Source: an archaeon (GTDB lineage Archaea > Asgardarchaeota > Thorarchaeia > Thorarchaeales > Thorarchaeaceae). From it: a DNA stretch of 32,000 nt. Shown piece by piece: positions 8,332 through 16,897 of the stretch. Below the pieces are notes generated by a model. That model saw only the letters and a list, made by a program, of their open reading frames with translations, was not told where the DNA came from and did no database searches. The stretch spans positions 1 to 32,000 of the forward strand of contig JAJRZD010000014.1 of assembly GCA_024275415.1 (NCBI GenBank), in the 5' to 3' direction. Position numbers and translations under genes: made by a program. The stretch's first letter is position 1, and every line of letters begins with the position of its first letter.

Positions 8332-10488
8332 GTGGTGCCAAAGAAAAAGAAGAGCTCGAAAAAACCTGTTCAGGCAACCCTTGGTGAACTGGTAGGCGAA
8401 AAGAAAGGCTCTCGTAAGACAAAGGCCCGTAAAACCACCGGGAAAAAAACATCTACGGAATCTGCTGCTTCCAAGACCAAGGCTAAGCAAAAGACTGTAA
8501 AGAAACCTGTTCCCAAATCTACCAAGAAAAAGGAATCTCCAAAAACAAAGAAGAAAGCCTCCTCATCAGCTACCAAGAGGAAACAGACAAAGGCGCCTCC
8601 GAAATTGGAAGGGCCTCCATTCACGACGCTTCCTGGCGTGGGTTCGAGGCTATCTGACAAACTCCTCAAAGCTGGATACACGTCTATCGAGAAACTATCC
8701 AAGGCACGGGCAAATGCATTAGCGAAGAAAATCGAGGGACTCAGTAAGGATGGTGCAATTAGGCTAATCACTGAGGCCAAACGAGCCATTGTTGATACAG
8801 CAAAGCCCCCTGAGGACGACGTTGATCAGGATCGGACACGCCCCTCTCTTACCGACCTTCCAGGAGTGGGAATGAAACTTGCCAAGGCACTAGAATCCGC
8901 AGGATATAACTCAATCTCACGGCTTTCACGCGCTCATGCTGAAGGACTTGCAGCCCGTGTTGATGGTCTGGGAAAAAACAGTGCCGTAAAGCTAATTGCC
9001 GCTGCGAAAAAATACATCAAAGAACGAGAACGCAGCATTGTGTTTAGTGAACCACCAGCCCCGACTGTGGCTACACCTGCCAAGACGGCTGGAACAAAGC
9101 CAAAGAAAGCACCAAAAAAGGTGCCAAAGAAGGAATCAGCCATTAAGACAAAAGAACCAGAGCCACCTGCGAAGCCTGCAAAGGCCAAGCTAAAAAAACC
9201 CAAGAAATCATCCAAAAAATCTGAGGAAGCGCCAGTGAAGAAGACAAAGCGCAAACCAGCTCCGAAACGAAAGAAATCGAAGATTATACGAAAGAAATCG
9301 GGTCTTAAAGTACCCAAAGCCGTGGAAACTCTTGCAAAGACAATGAAAACACGGTGGGCTGAAGTCGAGAAGATGGAAGAGGACGGTACCCTACCCAGTG
9401 GTCTTCCGGAAACCGTTGAGGTAGTCAGCCTAGGAGTACAGGATACTACAAATAGGCTCGTTGAAACCGCAATGGAAGTCTTGAATGAGGCACTGGTAAC
9501 AGGCCGACCAGCTTTCGAGATTCCGAGCAGGTCAAGCGACAATATCGTATGGGACGAGTTCAGAGACCTTCTCCTGTTAGGAATGAAGACTGTAAATCGC
9601 CCTTACCATTCTCTTGCATCCGTTGTTGATGCAACTCGAACAGCCCGGGTCATGGAGATTATCTATCAACTCTTGCGCTCCAACCTCCACGCAACGAAAC
9701 GTGAGGTATTCTATAGCGACGTGAACCTGTTTAGGGATCAGAAATACAGTGACAAGATTATCGAGGATGTTTCCTCTATGCTCAATACTACCAGAGATAG
9801 CGTACATATCGTTGCTAGTGCTCGTGGCTCTGCAATGGGGCGGGTCATAATTCGTGATGGAGGCGACATAATTGACCTCACGAAAATGGGTACTGGTGGT
9901 TGGGCAATTACTCCTTTCTTAGATCAGGTCGAAATTGTGGAAAGTGATGCAGAGTTCATCCTTGTAGCAGAGAAGGATGCTGCTGTTATGCGACTGGCTG
10001 AAGCAAAATACTGGAACCGACAGCCTTGCATTGTCCTTACTGGAAAAGGCTCTGGAGATATGGCTACGCGAGCGTTCCTCAAGCAGCTGGTGAAAGAGTT
10101 GGAGATTCCCGCCTTTGCGTTGGTCGATAGCGACCCCTATGGACATTACATCTATTCGGTATTTCTCCGAGGCAGCAAGAGGCTCAGCTATGAATCCCCA
10201 TTCATCGCGACCCCAGAGCTCAAATTGCTGGGAGTCCTCTCTCGGGATCTTGATGCATTCAATATTCCAAAAAGCGTACGTATCCCAATGGAGCCTGCCG
10301 ACATCAAGCGAGTTCGGGAGATGCTGAAGGAACCATTTGTGCAGAAGAACAAGGAATGGGTCCAAGACCTAAAACTGATGTTACAGATGAAAGAGAAGGC
10401 TGAGATCCAGGCGTTTGCCAGCCACTCATTTGAATATTTGACTGACGAGTACTTGCCCCAGAAGCTTGAAACTGGTGACTGGATTTAG
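8332..10488 (+). CDS. top6A: DNA topoisomerase VI subunit A (Spo11 family) with long N-terminal extension
   Basis: TKREVFY catalytic Tyr, VAEKDA and DSDPYG TOPRIM motifs, KAEIQAF; GTG start directly after the top6B stop. Confidence 0.95.
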   Translation: MVPKKKKSSKKPVQATLGELVGEKKGSRKTKARKTTGKKTSTESAASKTKAKQKTVKKPVPKSTKKKESPKTKKKASSSATKRKQTKAPPKLEGPPFTTLPGVGSRLSDKLLKAGYTSIEKLSKARANALAKKIEGLSKDGAIRLITEAKRAIVDTAKPPEDDVDQDRTRPSLTDLPGVGMKLAKALESAGYNSISRLSRAHAEGLAARVDGLGKNSAVKLIAAAKKYIKERERSIVFSEPPAPTVATPAKTAGTKPKKAPKKVPKKESAIKTKEPEPPAKPAKAKLKKPKKSSKKSEEAPVKKTKRKPAPKRKKSKIIRKKSGLKVPKAVETLAKTMKTRWAEVEKMEEDGTLPSGLPETVEVVSLGVQDTTNRLVETAMEVLNEALVTGRPAFEIPSRSSDNIVWDEFRDLLLLGMKTVNRPYHSLASVVDATRTARVMEIIYQLLRSNLHATKREVFYSDVNLFRDQKYSDKIIEDVSSMLNTTRDSVHIVASARGSAMGRVIIRDGGDIIDLTKMGTGGWAITPFLDQVEIVESDAEFILVAEKDAAVMRLAEAKYWNRQPCIVLTGKGSGDMATRAFLKQLVKELEIPAFALVDSDPYGHYIYSVFLRGSKRLSYESPFIATPELKLLGVLSRDLDAFNIPKSVRIPMEPADIKRVREMLKEPFVQKNKEWVQDLKLMLQMKEKAEIQAFASHSFEYLTDEYLPQKLETGDWI

Positions 10489-10715
10489 TCTTTTGAATAT
10501 GGCTTCTCTCGTTTGGTGCCACTTCTAGTACCAAGGGGTAAAGGCCCTTTGCTAGTTCCCATTATCGCTGGAGAATACGAGCTGTCATAGGGGTTTGGTC
10601 TTGTGTATGGACTCGGTTCTCCTCGCATTGTCTTGCTCAGTAATAGCCACAATGCAACTACGATGATGAACAGCACAACAGAAACAATTAGAACATCAGT
10701 ATACAATCCACCCAT
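10485..10715 (-). CDS. Small single-pass membrane protein
   Basis: One strong TM (VLIVSVVLFIIVVALWLLL) plus Pro/Ser/Tyr-rich tail; stop overlaps the top6A stop by 4 bp. Confidence 0.55.
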   Translation of the reverse strand: MGGLYTDVLIVSVVLFIIVVALWLLLSKTMRGEPSPYTRPNPYDSSYSPAIMGTSKGPLPLGTRSGTKREKPYSKD

Positions 10716-10857
10716 CGCATCTCACACCGCTCTGATGATTATTCTCCTTGAAGTGTTATTAATTATGTCATACTACAACAATAATATACTCGATGAACTA
10801 TTGTGAAGGAACAGGGAATTAGTCCTATTACAGAGAACTGAATTGACGAGATGAACT

Positions 10858-11808
10858 ATGATGATATCGAAGGTCGGAATTGAAGTAATCGATGCACATG
10901 CTCACTTCATGACATATAATACAGTGAAGGCAATCATTGAACGAGCAAGTCGTTCCACAGATGAAAGCCAATTCGAGAAGATTCAGAAGCGTGTTTCGTC
11001 CCTCACAGACATGAAGGAGTTCACGCTCCCCGATGAGAAATGGGATGCAGCCCAGATGTGGGTTGATGAGTTGAACAAGTATGGGATTACTGCGATTGGA
11101 ATGATGGTTGGAACAGAGTCTTGGGACGAGTTCACCGAGGCTCGCAGACGGTTCCCTGGCCGTTTTCTTGGATATGCGAACATCAATCCTGCTGATGAAA
11201 ATGCTGTAGAGTTGGTGAAACGGGCTGGAAAAGATGGCTTTCAAGGGATAAAGCTTTATCCAACATCTTGGAGCTTTCATGCTTCCGATGAGGTCGTATA
11301 TCCAATCTATGAAGAGGCTCTGCGACAGAAGCTTCTTGTGATAGCACATTTTGGCATCACGATTGGAACCCAAGCAGACCTGCGATACGGCAATCCCCTC
11401 GACTTGCAGAAACCGGCACACGATTTTCCCGAATTGAACTTCATGATAGCACATTTTGGAGCCGGATTCTTCAGAGAAGTCCTGATGCTGATGTATCAAA
11501 CAGATAACATCTTCATGGACTCGAGCGGGAGCAACTCGTGGATGAATTATCTTCCCTACGATCTCACCATTACAAAGATATTCGAGAAGGCATTGAAAGC
11601 AGGTGGTCCTGAGCGCATCATATTTGGTACAGATTCTTCATTTTTCCCGCGAGGTTTTCGCTATAATATCTTGGAGGCGCAGTACAATGCTGTACGATCA
11701 ATCTGCCCCCAGTTCTGCTATTCTGATGATGATATTGATAGGATTTTTCGTGGGAATATTCTGAGGATCACAGGATTATCGGGGCTAGATCGCACCGAAG
11801 ATGATTAG
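10858..11808 (+). CDS. Amidohydrolase family 2 (TIM-barrel metal-dependent hydrolase)
   Basis: IDAHAH, GIKLYP, AHFG (x2), MDSS, FGTDS motifs. Confidence 0.88.
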   Translation: MMISKVGIEVIDAHAHFMTYNTVKAIIERASRSTDESQFEKIQKRVSSLTDMKEFTLPDEKWDAAQMWVDELNKYGITAIGMMVGTESWDEFTEARRRFPGRFLGYANINPADENAVELVKRAGKDGFQGIKLYPTSWSFHASDEVVYPIYEEALRQKLLVIAHFGITIGTQADLRYGNPLDLQKPAHDFPELNFMIAHFGAGFFREVLMLMYQTDNIFMDSSGSNSWMNYLPYDLTITKIFEKALKAGGPERIIFGTDSSFFPRGFRYNILEAQYNAVRSICPQFCYSDDDIDRIFRGNILRITGLSGLDRTEDD

Positions 11809-13010
11809 GCTGACCGTATCTTCTTTTCTAGTCCTCTCAATCTCTTTGGAGCATCTGCCTCACGATACTTCTCTGCAGCAGCAGTGTACTTCGATAAAGC
11901 AGCCCTTGTGTTCCCAGCTTTTGCTAAGCGATCCCCTTCGCTTTCGAGAGCCTTTCCCCATTCCTCGTATGCGTCCCTTATACGTTGTGAGCACTTGGCA
12001 CGTTTCTTAGAATCAGTGCTGAACATGTAAAGCTCCCTTGCTTTCTTGTATTGAACAATTCCCCACTCATATTCTCTTTGTTTTATATGATCCTCAGCTT
12101 GGATATAGTGGTGTTCAGCCATCAAATCATAGCCTTGGTCAACTTTCCGAATTGCTTCTTGCACCAGTTTCTCGTTCTTGGCGTGTTGATACAATTTCTT
12201 TGCGATCTCAAATTGCTCGATTGCCTTTTCGTGTTCATTCTCTCTTAGCAAGGCTATTCCATGTTCCATCCTTGCCCTTCCCATCGTTTCATAGACATAG
12301 GAGGGATACTCAAAGGCGTCAGTGCTCATAGCGGCACCGCATTCAGGGCAGGTGGGTGCTTCTACGATGGATGGTGATATATCCGCCCCTATCCGCTTTG
12401 GTTTTCCTACTATCGCATCGATGAAGTCTTCAGATGTGTCACCACGTCCCTTGGGGAATAGGTGGGCGACAGCTTCTATTGTTTCAGGAATCACTTCTTC
12501 CATCGCTATATCATTTATCACCGGTCCTTCTACATCTACTACCTTTGGAGGTTCTATCTCCTTGAATGGCATCCCCTCTCGAATCTCACTAGACGAAGAT
12601 TCGGGCACCTCCCATGACATTACATCAGTGGATTCTTCTTCACGTTTGGTTTCCGCTTTAGAGTCGCCCATCAAGCTCCCTTCATCTTCCAAAGTAATGT
12701 CCTCGTCACTTGAACTGGGATTCTCTTGGTCAGGTGACTCTAGAGCCGAATCTTCAAGTTCCACAAGCATGTCATTAACAAGAAGGTCTCCTTCTTCCAT
12801 TGAGCCGTCCCATTCATCCACGTCGGGTAAGGCCGATTCATCTAAGGATTCAAAATCCTCAATGCTACTATCTGGGAGCTCATCCAACGGTGATGTATCG
12901 ATTGGGGCAACTGCCATGCCACCCACAATTCTAGTACCGCATTTCAGACAGAATGTCGAGCCCTTTCTAAGACTTGTACCACAATTTGGACAGTTGATGC
13001 TATCAGACAT
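11805..13010 (-). CDS. Zn-ribbon / acidic disordered / TPR-like repeat protein
   Basis: N-terminal CPNCG...CLKCG, long D/E/S-rich stretch, lone CPECG, C-terminal TPR/SNAP-like helices (KAIEQFEIAKKLY, YKKARELY, YTAAAEKY); start likely ATG 13010. Confidence 0.75.
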   Translation of the reverse strand: MSDSINCPNCGTSLRKGSTFCLKCGTRIVGGMAVAPIDTSPLDELPDSSIEDFESLDESALPDVDEWDGSMEEGDLLVNDMLVELEDSALESPDQENPSSSDEDITLEDEGSLMGDSKAETKREEESTDVMSWEVPESSSSEIREGMPFKEIEPPKVVDVEGPVINDIAMEEVIPETIEAVAHLFPKGRGDTSEDFIDAIVGKPKRIGADISPSIVEAPTCPECGAAMSTDAFEYPSYVYETMGRARMEHGIALLRENEHEKAIEQFEIAKKLYQHAKNEKLVQEAIRKVDQGYDLMAEHHYIQAEDHIKQREYEWGIVQYKKARELYMFSTDSKKRAKCSQRIRDAYEEWGKALESEGDRLAKAGNTRAALSKYTAAAEKYREADAPKRLRGLEKKIRSA

Positions 13011-13110
13011 TTCTGGAAACCTAATCAAGTTGTTCTGGGATGTACGATTTTAACATCCGACAGGAGTATGATGGACGCAGAGTGTATATGAATAAAATGC
13101 GTATTGTGTC

Positions 13111-13740
13111 CTACCAGAAGACAAAGTATGTGATAATCGTGATCACAATAGCAATGGTGAGCCCTCCGACCGACTGCACGAGTGTATGCTGATGGAGTAC
13201 CTGTCTTGACCAGACAACAGCAATCCATACTGGCACGACAAGAAGACCTAGGGCACCATATACAATGATTATTGCAGTACCAGGCCCACCCACTCCAGCA
13301 CAATGTACAGAAACCTTCGTTCGGAATGTTGCCGCCATGATACCAATGGTAACAGTAGCATATGCCATCGCCAAGACTGCCATGACATGACATGCTAGGA
13401 TCCAGTAGACAAATGAAGCTACGCTATAGCAGCCTATCGCAAATATGAAGAATTTTGCTCTCATCGTTCGCTCTGAAACGTCCAAATCAACGTTTCCGCG
13501 TCGAGCATCCAGTATGATGGGAAGAGGAGGAATGATTACCATGAGTACGAGGGCTATTACAACCGAAGAAGATGGTGTCAGGATGGGGCCTAGACCAATG
13601 GGTGAGGTATAGGAAATCACGATTGTGATATATAGGTCAAACAGTGGTGCAGGTGTCAATCTTGAAATTATTCTTGCCATCAATACTTTATTGCCGGTGA
13701 GTCCAAGTTCCTCGTCTGCAAACCTCAACCTTATTCTCAC
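13111..13740 (-). CDS. PAP2-like integral membrane phosphatase homolog
   Basis: About 6 TM helices; KVSVH and WSRQVLHQHT resemble the PAP2 C2/C3 motifs. Confidence 0.7.
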   Translation of the reverse strand: MRIRLRFADEELGLTGNKVLMARIISRLTPAPLFDLYITIVISYTSPIGLGPILTPSSSVVIALVLMVIIPPLPIILDARRGNVDLDVSERTMRAKFFIFAIGCYSVASFVYWILACHVMAVLAMAYATVTIGIMAATFRTKVSVHCAGVGGPGTAIIIVYGALGLLVVPVWIAVVWSRQVLHQHTLVQSVGGLTIAIVITIITYFVFW

Positions 13741-13805
13741 GTTCAGAAATCCTATTGAACTTCAATCTTTCCCAAAACAATAAAAAGAACCGCGGAATCC
13801 ACCAC

Positions 13806-13817
13806 GAAAAGCCTTAT
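13806..13817 (+). promoter_or_regulatory. BRE-TATA-like promoter for the roadblock gene
   Basis: gaaaagccttat matches the archaeal BRE+TATA arrangement, ~50 nt upstream of the ORF. Confidence 0.45.
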
Positions 13818-13869
13818 GTTGGATTTTATCCACGTACTTCATACCTAAGGGACCACAGAAACTTCCCAA

Positions 13870-14193
13870 ATGGATGTGCAACCTATGCCTGCGATGCCAA
13901 AACGAGAGATATTCGAGCGTATCATTCAAAACATTACCAGCAAATTCCCAGATGTCTATGCTGCGCTGTTTATTAGCCCTGAAGGCTTTCCAATCAACAC
14001 TTGGGGAGTCACTCTTGAGCGGGCTGAGGAGATTTCTGCCCTACTTAGTGCCCTTATCGGAAAAACAAAAGAAGTCATCTGCCAAGTCGAGGAAGGAACC
14101 GAGCTTCAATTTATCCAGATCCAGACTAACAAAGGTGGCATTCGTGTTGCTCCACAAGAGGAATTTATTCTGGTCACCCTGACTGGAATCTGA
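13870..14193 (+). CDS. Roadblock/LC7 domain protein
   Basis: ~100 aa; AALFISPEGFPI, ISALLSALIG, LQFIQIQTNKGGIRVAP pattern typical of the roadblock fold. Confidence 0.85.
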   Translation: MDVQPMPAMPKREIFERIIQNITSKFPDVYAALFISPEGFPINTWGVTLERAEEISALLSALIGKTKEVICQVEEGTELQFIQIQTNKGGIRVAPQEEFILVTLTGI

Positions 14194-14231
14194 TGGTGTG
14201 CGGTCACGATAGCTTCTATGCAAGAACCACC

Positions 14232-14271
14232 AGTTGCTTTCCATATGATGTTTTCACTCGGAAAGGCAACT
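14232..14271. promoter_or_regulatory. Inverted repeat directly upstream of the putative radA TATA box
   Basis: agttgctttcc (14232-14242) / ggaaaggcaact (14260-14271), 11 bp with one bulge; T-rich TATA-like tttttata at ~14279-14286. Confidence 0.4.
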
Positions 14272-14374
14272 AGTGCAATTTTTATACTCTCACACAACAA
14301 CTAGAAGATGGCAGGATGTTTGATATCCCATATTGACATAATCATTCAAACATTCAAAGGGAGGCCTATGAACA

Positions 14375-15391
14375 ATGGACGAAGAAATCGATTATGAGAA
14401 GTTCGATGAGAAAGAAGCCGATGATGGTGAGATTGACGTTAGTGGTGATGTTACAGGTCTAGAAGTTACCGATTTACCAGGGGTCGGTCCTGCGATTGGA
14501 AAACGACTTTCTGAGGCGGGATACAAGAGTGTTGAGGCAATTGCGGTCGCATCTCCTAGTGAACTCGCTGCAGCAGGTTCTATAGGTGAAACAACAGCAA
14601 CAAAGATTATCAAAGCTGCACGAGAGATGCTTGACATTGGCTTTGAAACCGCTGACGAGCTGTTGGTCAGGCGACAGAATGCCGGTCGTATTTCCACAGG
14701 ATCCACCGCACTTGACGAACTCTTCGGTGGTGGGATCGAAACTCAGAGCATTACCGAGATGTACGGTTCGTTCAGATCCGGCAAGACACAGATGGCACAT
14801 CAACTATCTGTCAATGTTCAATTGCCCGAAGGTGAAGGTGGGCTTGGTGCAACGGCAATCTATGTTGATACAGAAGGAACTTTCAGGCCAGAACGATTAG
14901 TCGATATGGCTGAAGCTGTCGGGCTTGATCCTGCAAAGGTGCTAAAGAACGTGGTTTGGGCGCGAGCGTACAATTCAGACCATCAGATTCTTCTATGTGA
15001 TCAGGCAATGGAAATGGCACCTGAGAAGAACGCAAAGCTGTTAGTTGTGGACTCGGTCACAAGTCACTTCAGAGCCGAATATACTGGAAGGGGAACCCTT
15101 GCTGCACGACAACAGAAGTTGAACAAGCACCTTCATCATTTACAAAGAGGTGCTGAGATCAACAATATGGCTGTCTATATCACCAATCAGGTCATGTCGC
15201 GACCCGATGCATTCTTCGGAGACCCAACCGCACCTGTTGGCGGCCATGTACTAGCACACGTTCCCCAGACACGGTGTTACTTGCGTAAATCCAAGGGCGA
15301 GCGTCGTATCTGTCGACTTGTTGACTCTCCGAACCTTCCAGAGGGTGAAGCTGTATTTGCAGTCCTAAAGGACGGCATACGTGACGTATAG
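14375..15391 (+). CDS. radA: DNA repair and recombination protein RadA
   Basis: N-terminal HhH (LPGVG), FETA polymerisation motif, Walker [21 protein letters not shown], Walker B LVVDS, L1/L2 loops. Confidence 0.97.
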   Translation: MDEEIDYEKFDEKEADDGEIDVSGDVTGLEVTDLPGVGPAIGKRLSEAGYKSVEAIAVASPSELAAAGSIGETTATKIIKAAREMLDIGFETADELLVRRQNAGRISTGSTALDELFGGGIETQSITEMYGSFRSGKTQMAHQLSVNVQLPEGEGGLGATAIYVDTEGTFRPERLVDMAEAVGLDPAKVLKNVVWARAYNSDHQILLCDQAMEMAPEKNAKLLVVDSVTSHFRAEYTGRGTLAARQQKLNKHLHHLQRGAEINNMAVYITNQVMSRPDAFFGDPTAPVGGHVLAHVPQTRCYLRKSKGERRICRLVDSPNLPEGEAVFAVLKDGIRDV

Positions 15392-15427
15392 TCGAATCAT
15401 CAAAATGAGGTGGTCATTTGGCCACGC

Positions 15428-16786
15428 TCATTGACTTGTGAACACAGCAGAGTCGATTATCGCCTGCACTAACTTTTTCCATTTTTCCAAGCCGTCTGGG
15501 CTTGAGGGATAGTTTCTGTATGCCTTGTCAATTTTCTTCATCAATGAGGCTGCTTTCTGTAGATTGCGTAAGAGGCCTGGTTTTCCAATACCTCTCTTGG
15601 CTCGAACGAGTTTGCTACCGATTCCCATCGAGAAGCCATCGCCTCGATTTGCGGCCATCAGATCTCCTGCCTCTAGCACACGCTTTGCGAACCCAAAATT
15701 CATGTCGTCGTCAGAAACATCTGAAAGCAATCTTTTGAATATCTCGAGTGATGCCAGTCTTCTTCCGAAATTGCATAGGAACCTTGTGTTGAAATGCCAA
15801 AGTCCCTTTGTGCTTGTGTTTCTCCGTGCAATGGCCTCTTTTGCGACTTCTCCAAGGATAATGCCGGCTCGCATCCCAGCACCGATTCCACCGCCATGTA
15901 TCGGATTCACCATCCATGCAGCATCCCCAACAAATGCAACACCATCTGCAACAAGACTCCAAATTGGTCTTCGAACCGGAACTGCGCCTCCTCCAGATTG
16001 AATCGCTTTACTTCTAAAGAGCAAGGGATACTCTTCCTTGAACTTGGCATACAGCGACTTTGGTGACCCTCTTCCGCCTCCTCCAGTTATCCCAACTCCC
16101 ACATTTGCACTTTTAGGTCCTTTCGGAAAGATCCAAGCATATCCATTTGGGGCGTATTCACCACCGAGGAATACTCGGGCCACCTCTGGTTCAGCAAACG
16201 GCATCTTCAGGTTCAGGATTTCGCGGTAGCATAAAGCAATATCCTTCTTATCAATCTCTGTTTCGACATATGGGCTGTCAATCTTCTTTCGAATTACTGA
16301 TGCGAACCCACTGGCATCAATGACAATCTTTGCCTGCACAGTGGATTTCTCACCTGTGTGAAGGTCTTTGTAATGTATGCCATTTACAGTTGCACCCTTG
16401 AATGTGGGTCCCCCGACATGCACCTCGGTCTTCAAGACTGCTCCTGCACGTAGAGCTTCACGCAGGAGCCGTTGCCCAAAGGCCCACCTATCTACAGTCC
16501 ATCCATCAAAATCACTCCAACCTCGAACCTTGAGTTCATTGACCATGTTTGGAGGGAATACATCTGCGCCAGCAATCACACTTGATATCTCTTCTCCTTT
16601 TGGATATTCTATTCCAGTCGCGTCAAAATGCGACTTACTGATTTCGTCACCGCAGACTTTTTGTCCAATCGATTCTTTGTCTTTCCTTTCGACTAGGAGC
16701 GTCCTTAATCCTAGCTCGGCACATCTTCTAGCCGTCACACACCCAGCAGAGCCTGCACCAATAATGACAACATCTACTTTTCTCAA
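15428..16786 (-). CDS. Geranylgeranyl reductase family flavoprotein (digeranylgeranylglycerophospholipid reductase-like)
   Basis: GAGSAG FAD motif, VCGDEIS, YAWIFPKG, GDAA...PIHGGGI. Confidence 0.9.
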   Translation of the reverse strand: MRKVDVVIIGAGSAGCVTARRCAELGLRTLLVERKDKESIGQKVCGDEISKSHFDATGIEYPKGEEISSVIAGADVFPPNMVNELKVRGWSDFDGWTVDRWAFGQRLLREALRAGAVLKTEVHVGGPTFKGATVNGIHYKDLHTGEKSTVQAKIVIDASGFASVIRKKIDSPYVETEIDKKDIALCYREILNLKMPFAEPEVARVFLGGEYAPNGYAWIFPKGPKSANVGVGITGGGGRGSPKSLYAKFKEEYPLLFRSKAIQSGGGAVPVRRPIWSLVADGVAFVGDAAWMVNPIHGGGIGAGMRAGIILGEVAKEAIARRNTSTKGLWHFNTRFLCNFGRRLASLEIFKRLLSDVSDDDMNFGFAKRVLEAGDLMAANRGDGFSMGIGSKLVRAKRGIGKPGLLRNLQKAASLMKKIDKAYRNYPSSPDGLEKWKKLVQAIIDSAVFTSQ

Positions 16787-16897
16787 GGTTGGTCAGCATT
16801 CTGATTGCGCTGTCGGTTATAAATCCAGCCTCAATAAGCCTATGTTACCATCCACAATCATTATCAATAACCCTCTTTCCCGCAAGAACGAACGGTC

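Noticed and set aside
8370-9542. Long antisense ORFs (8370-8789, 8934-9542) opposite top6A, and similarly 12322-13053 and 15525-16001
   Set aside because: Shadow ORFs caused by codon bias or low complexity of the real genes on the opposite strand
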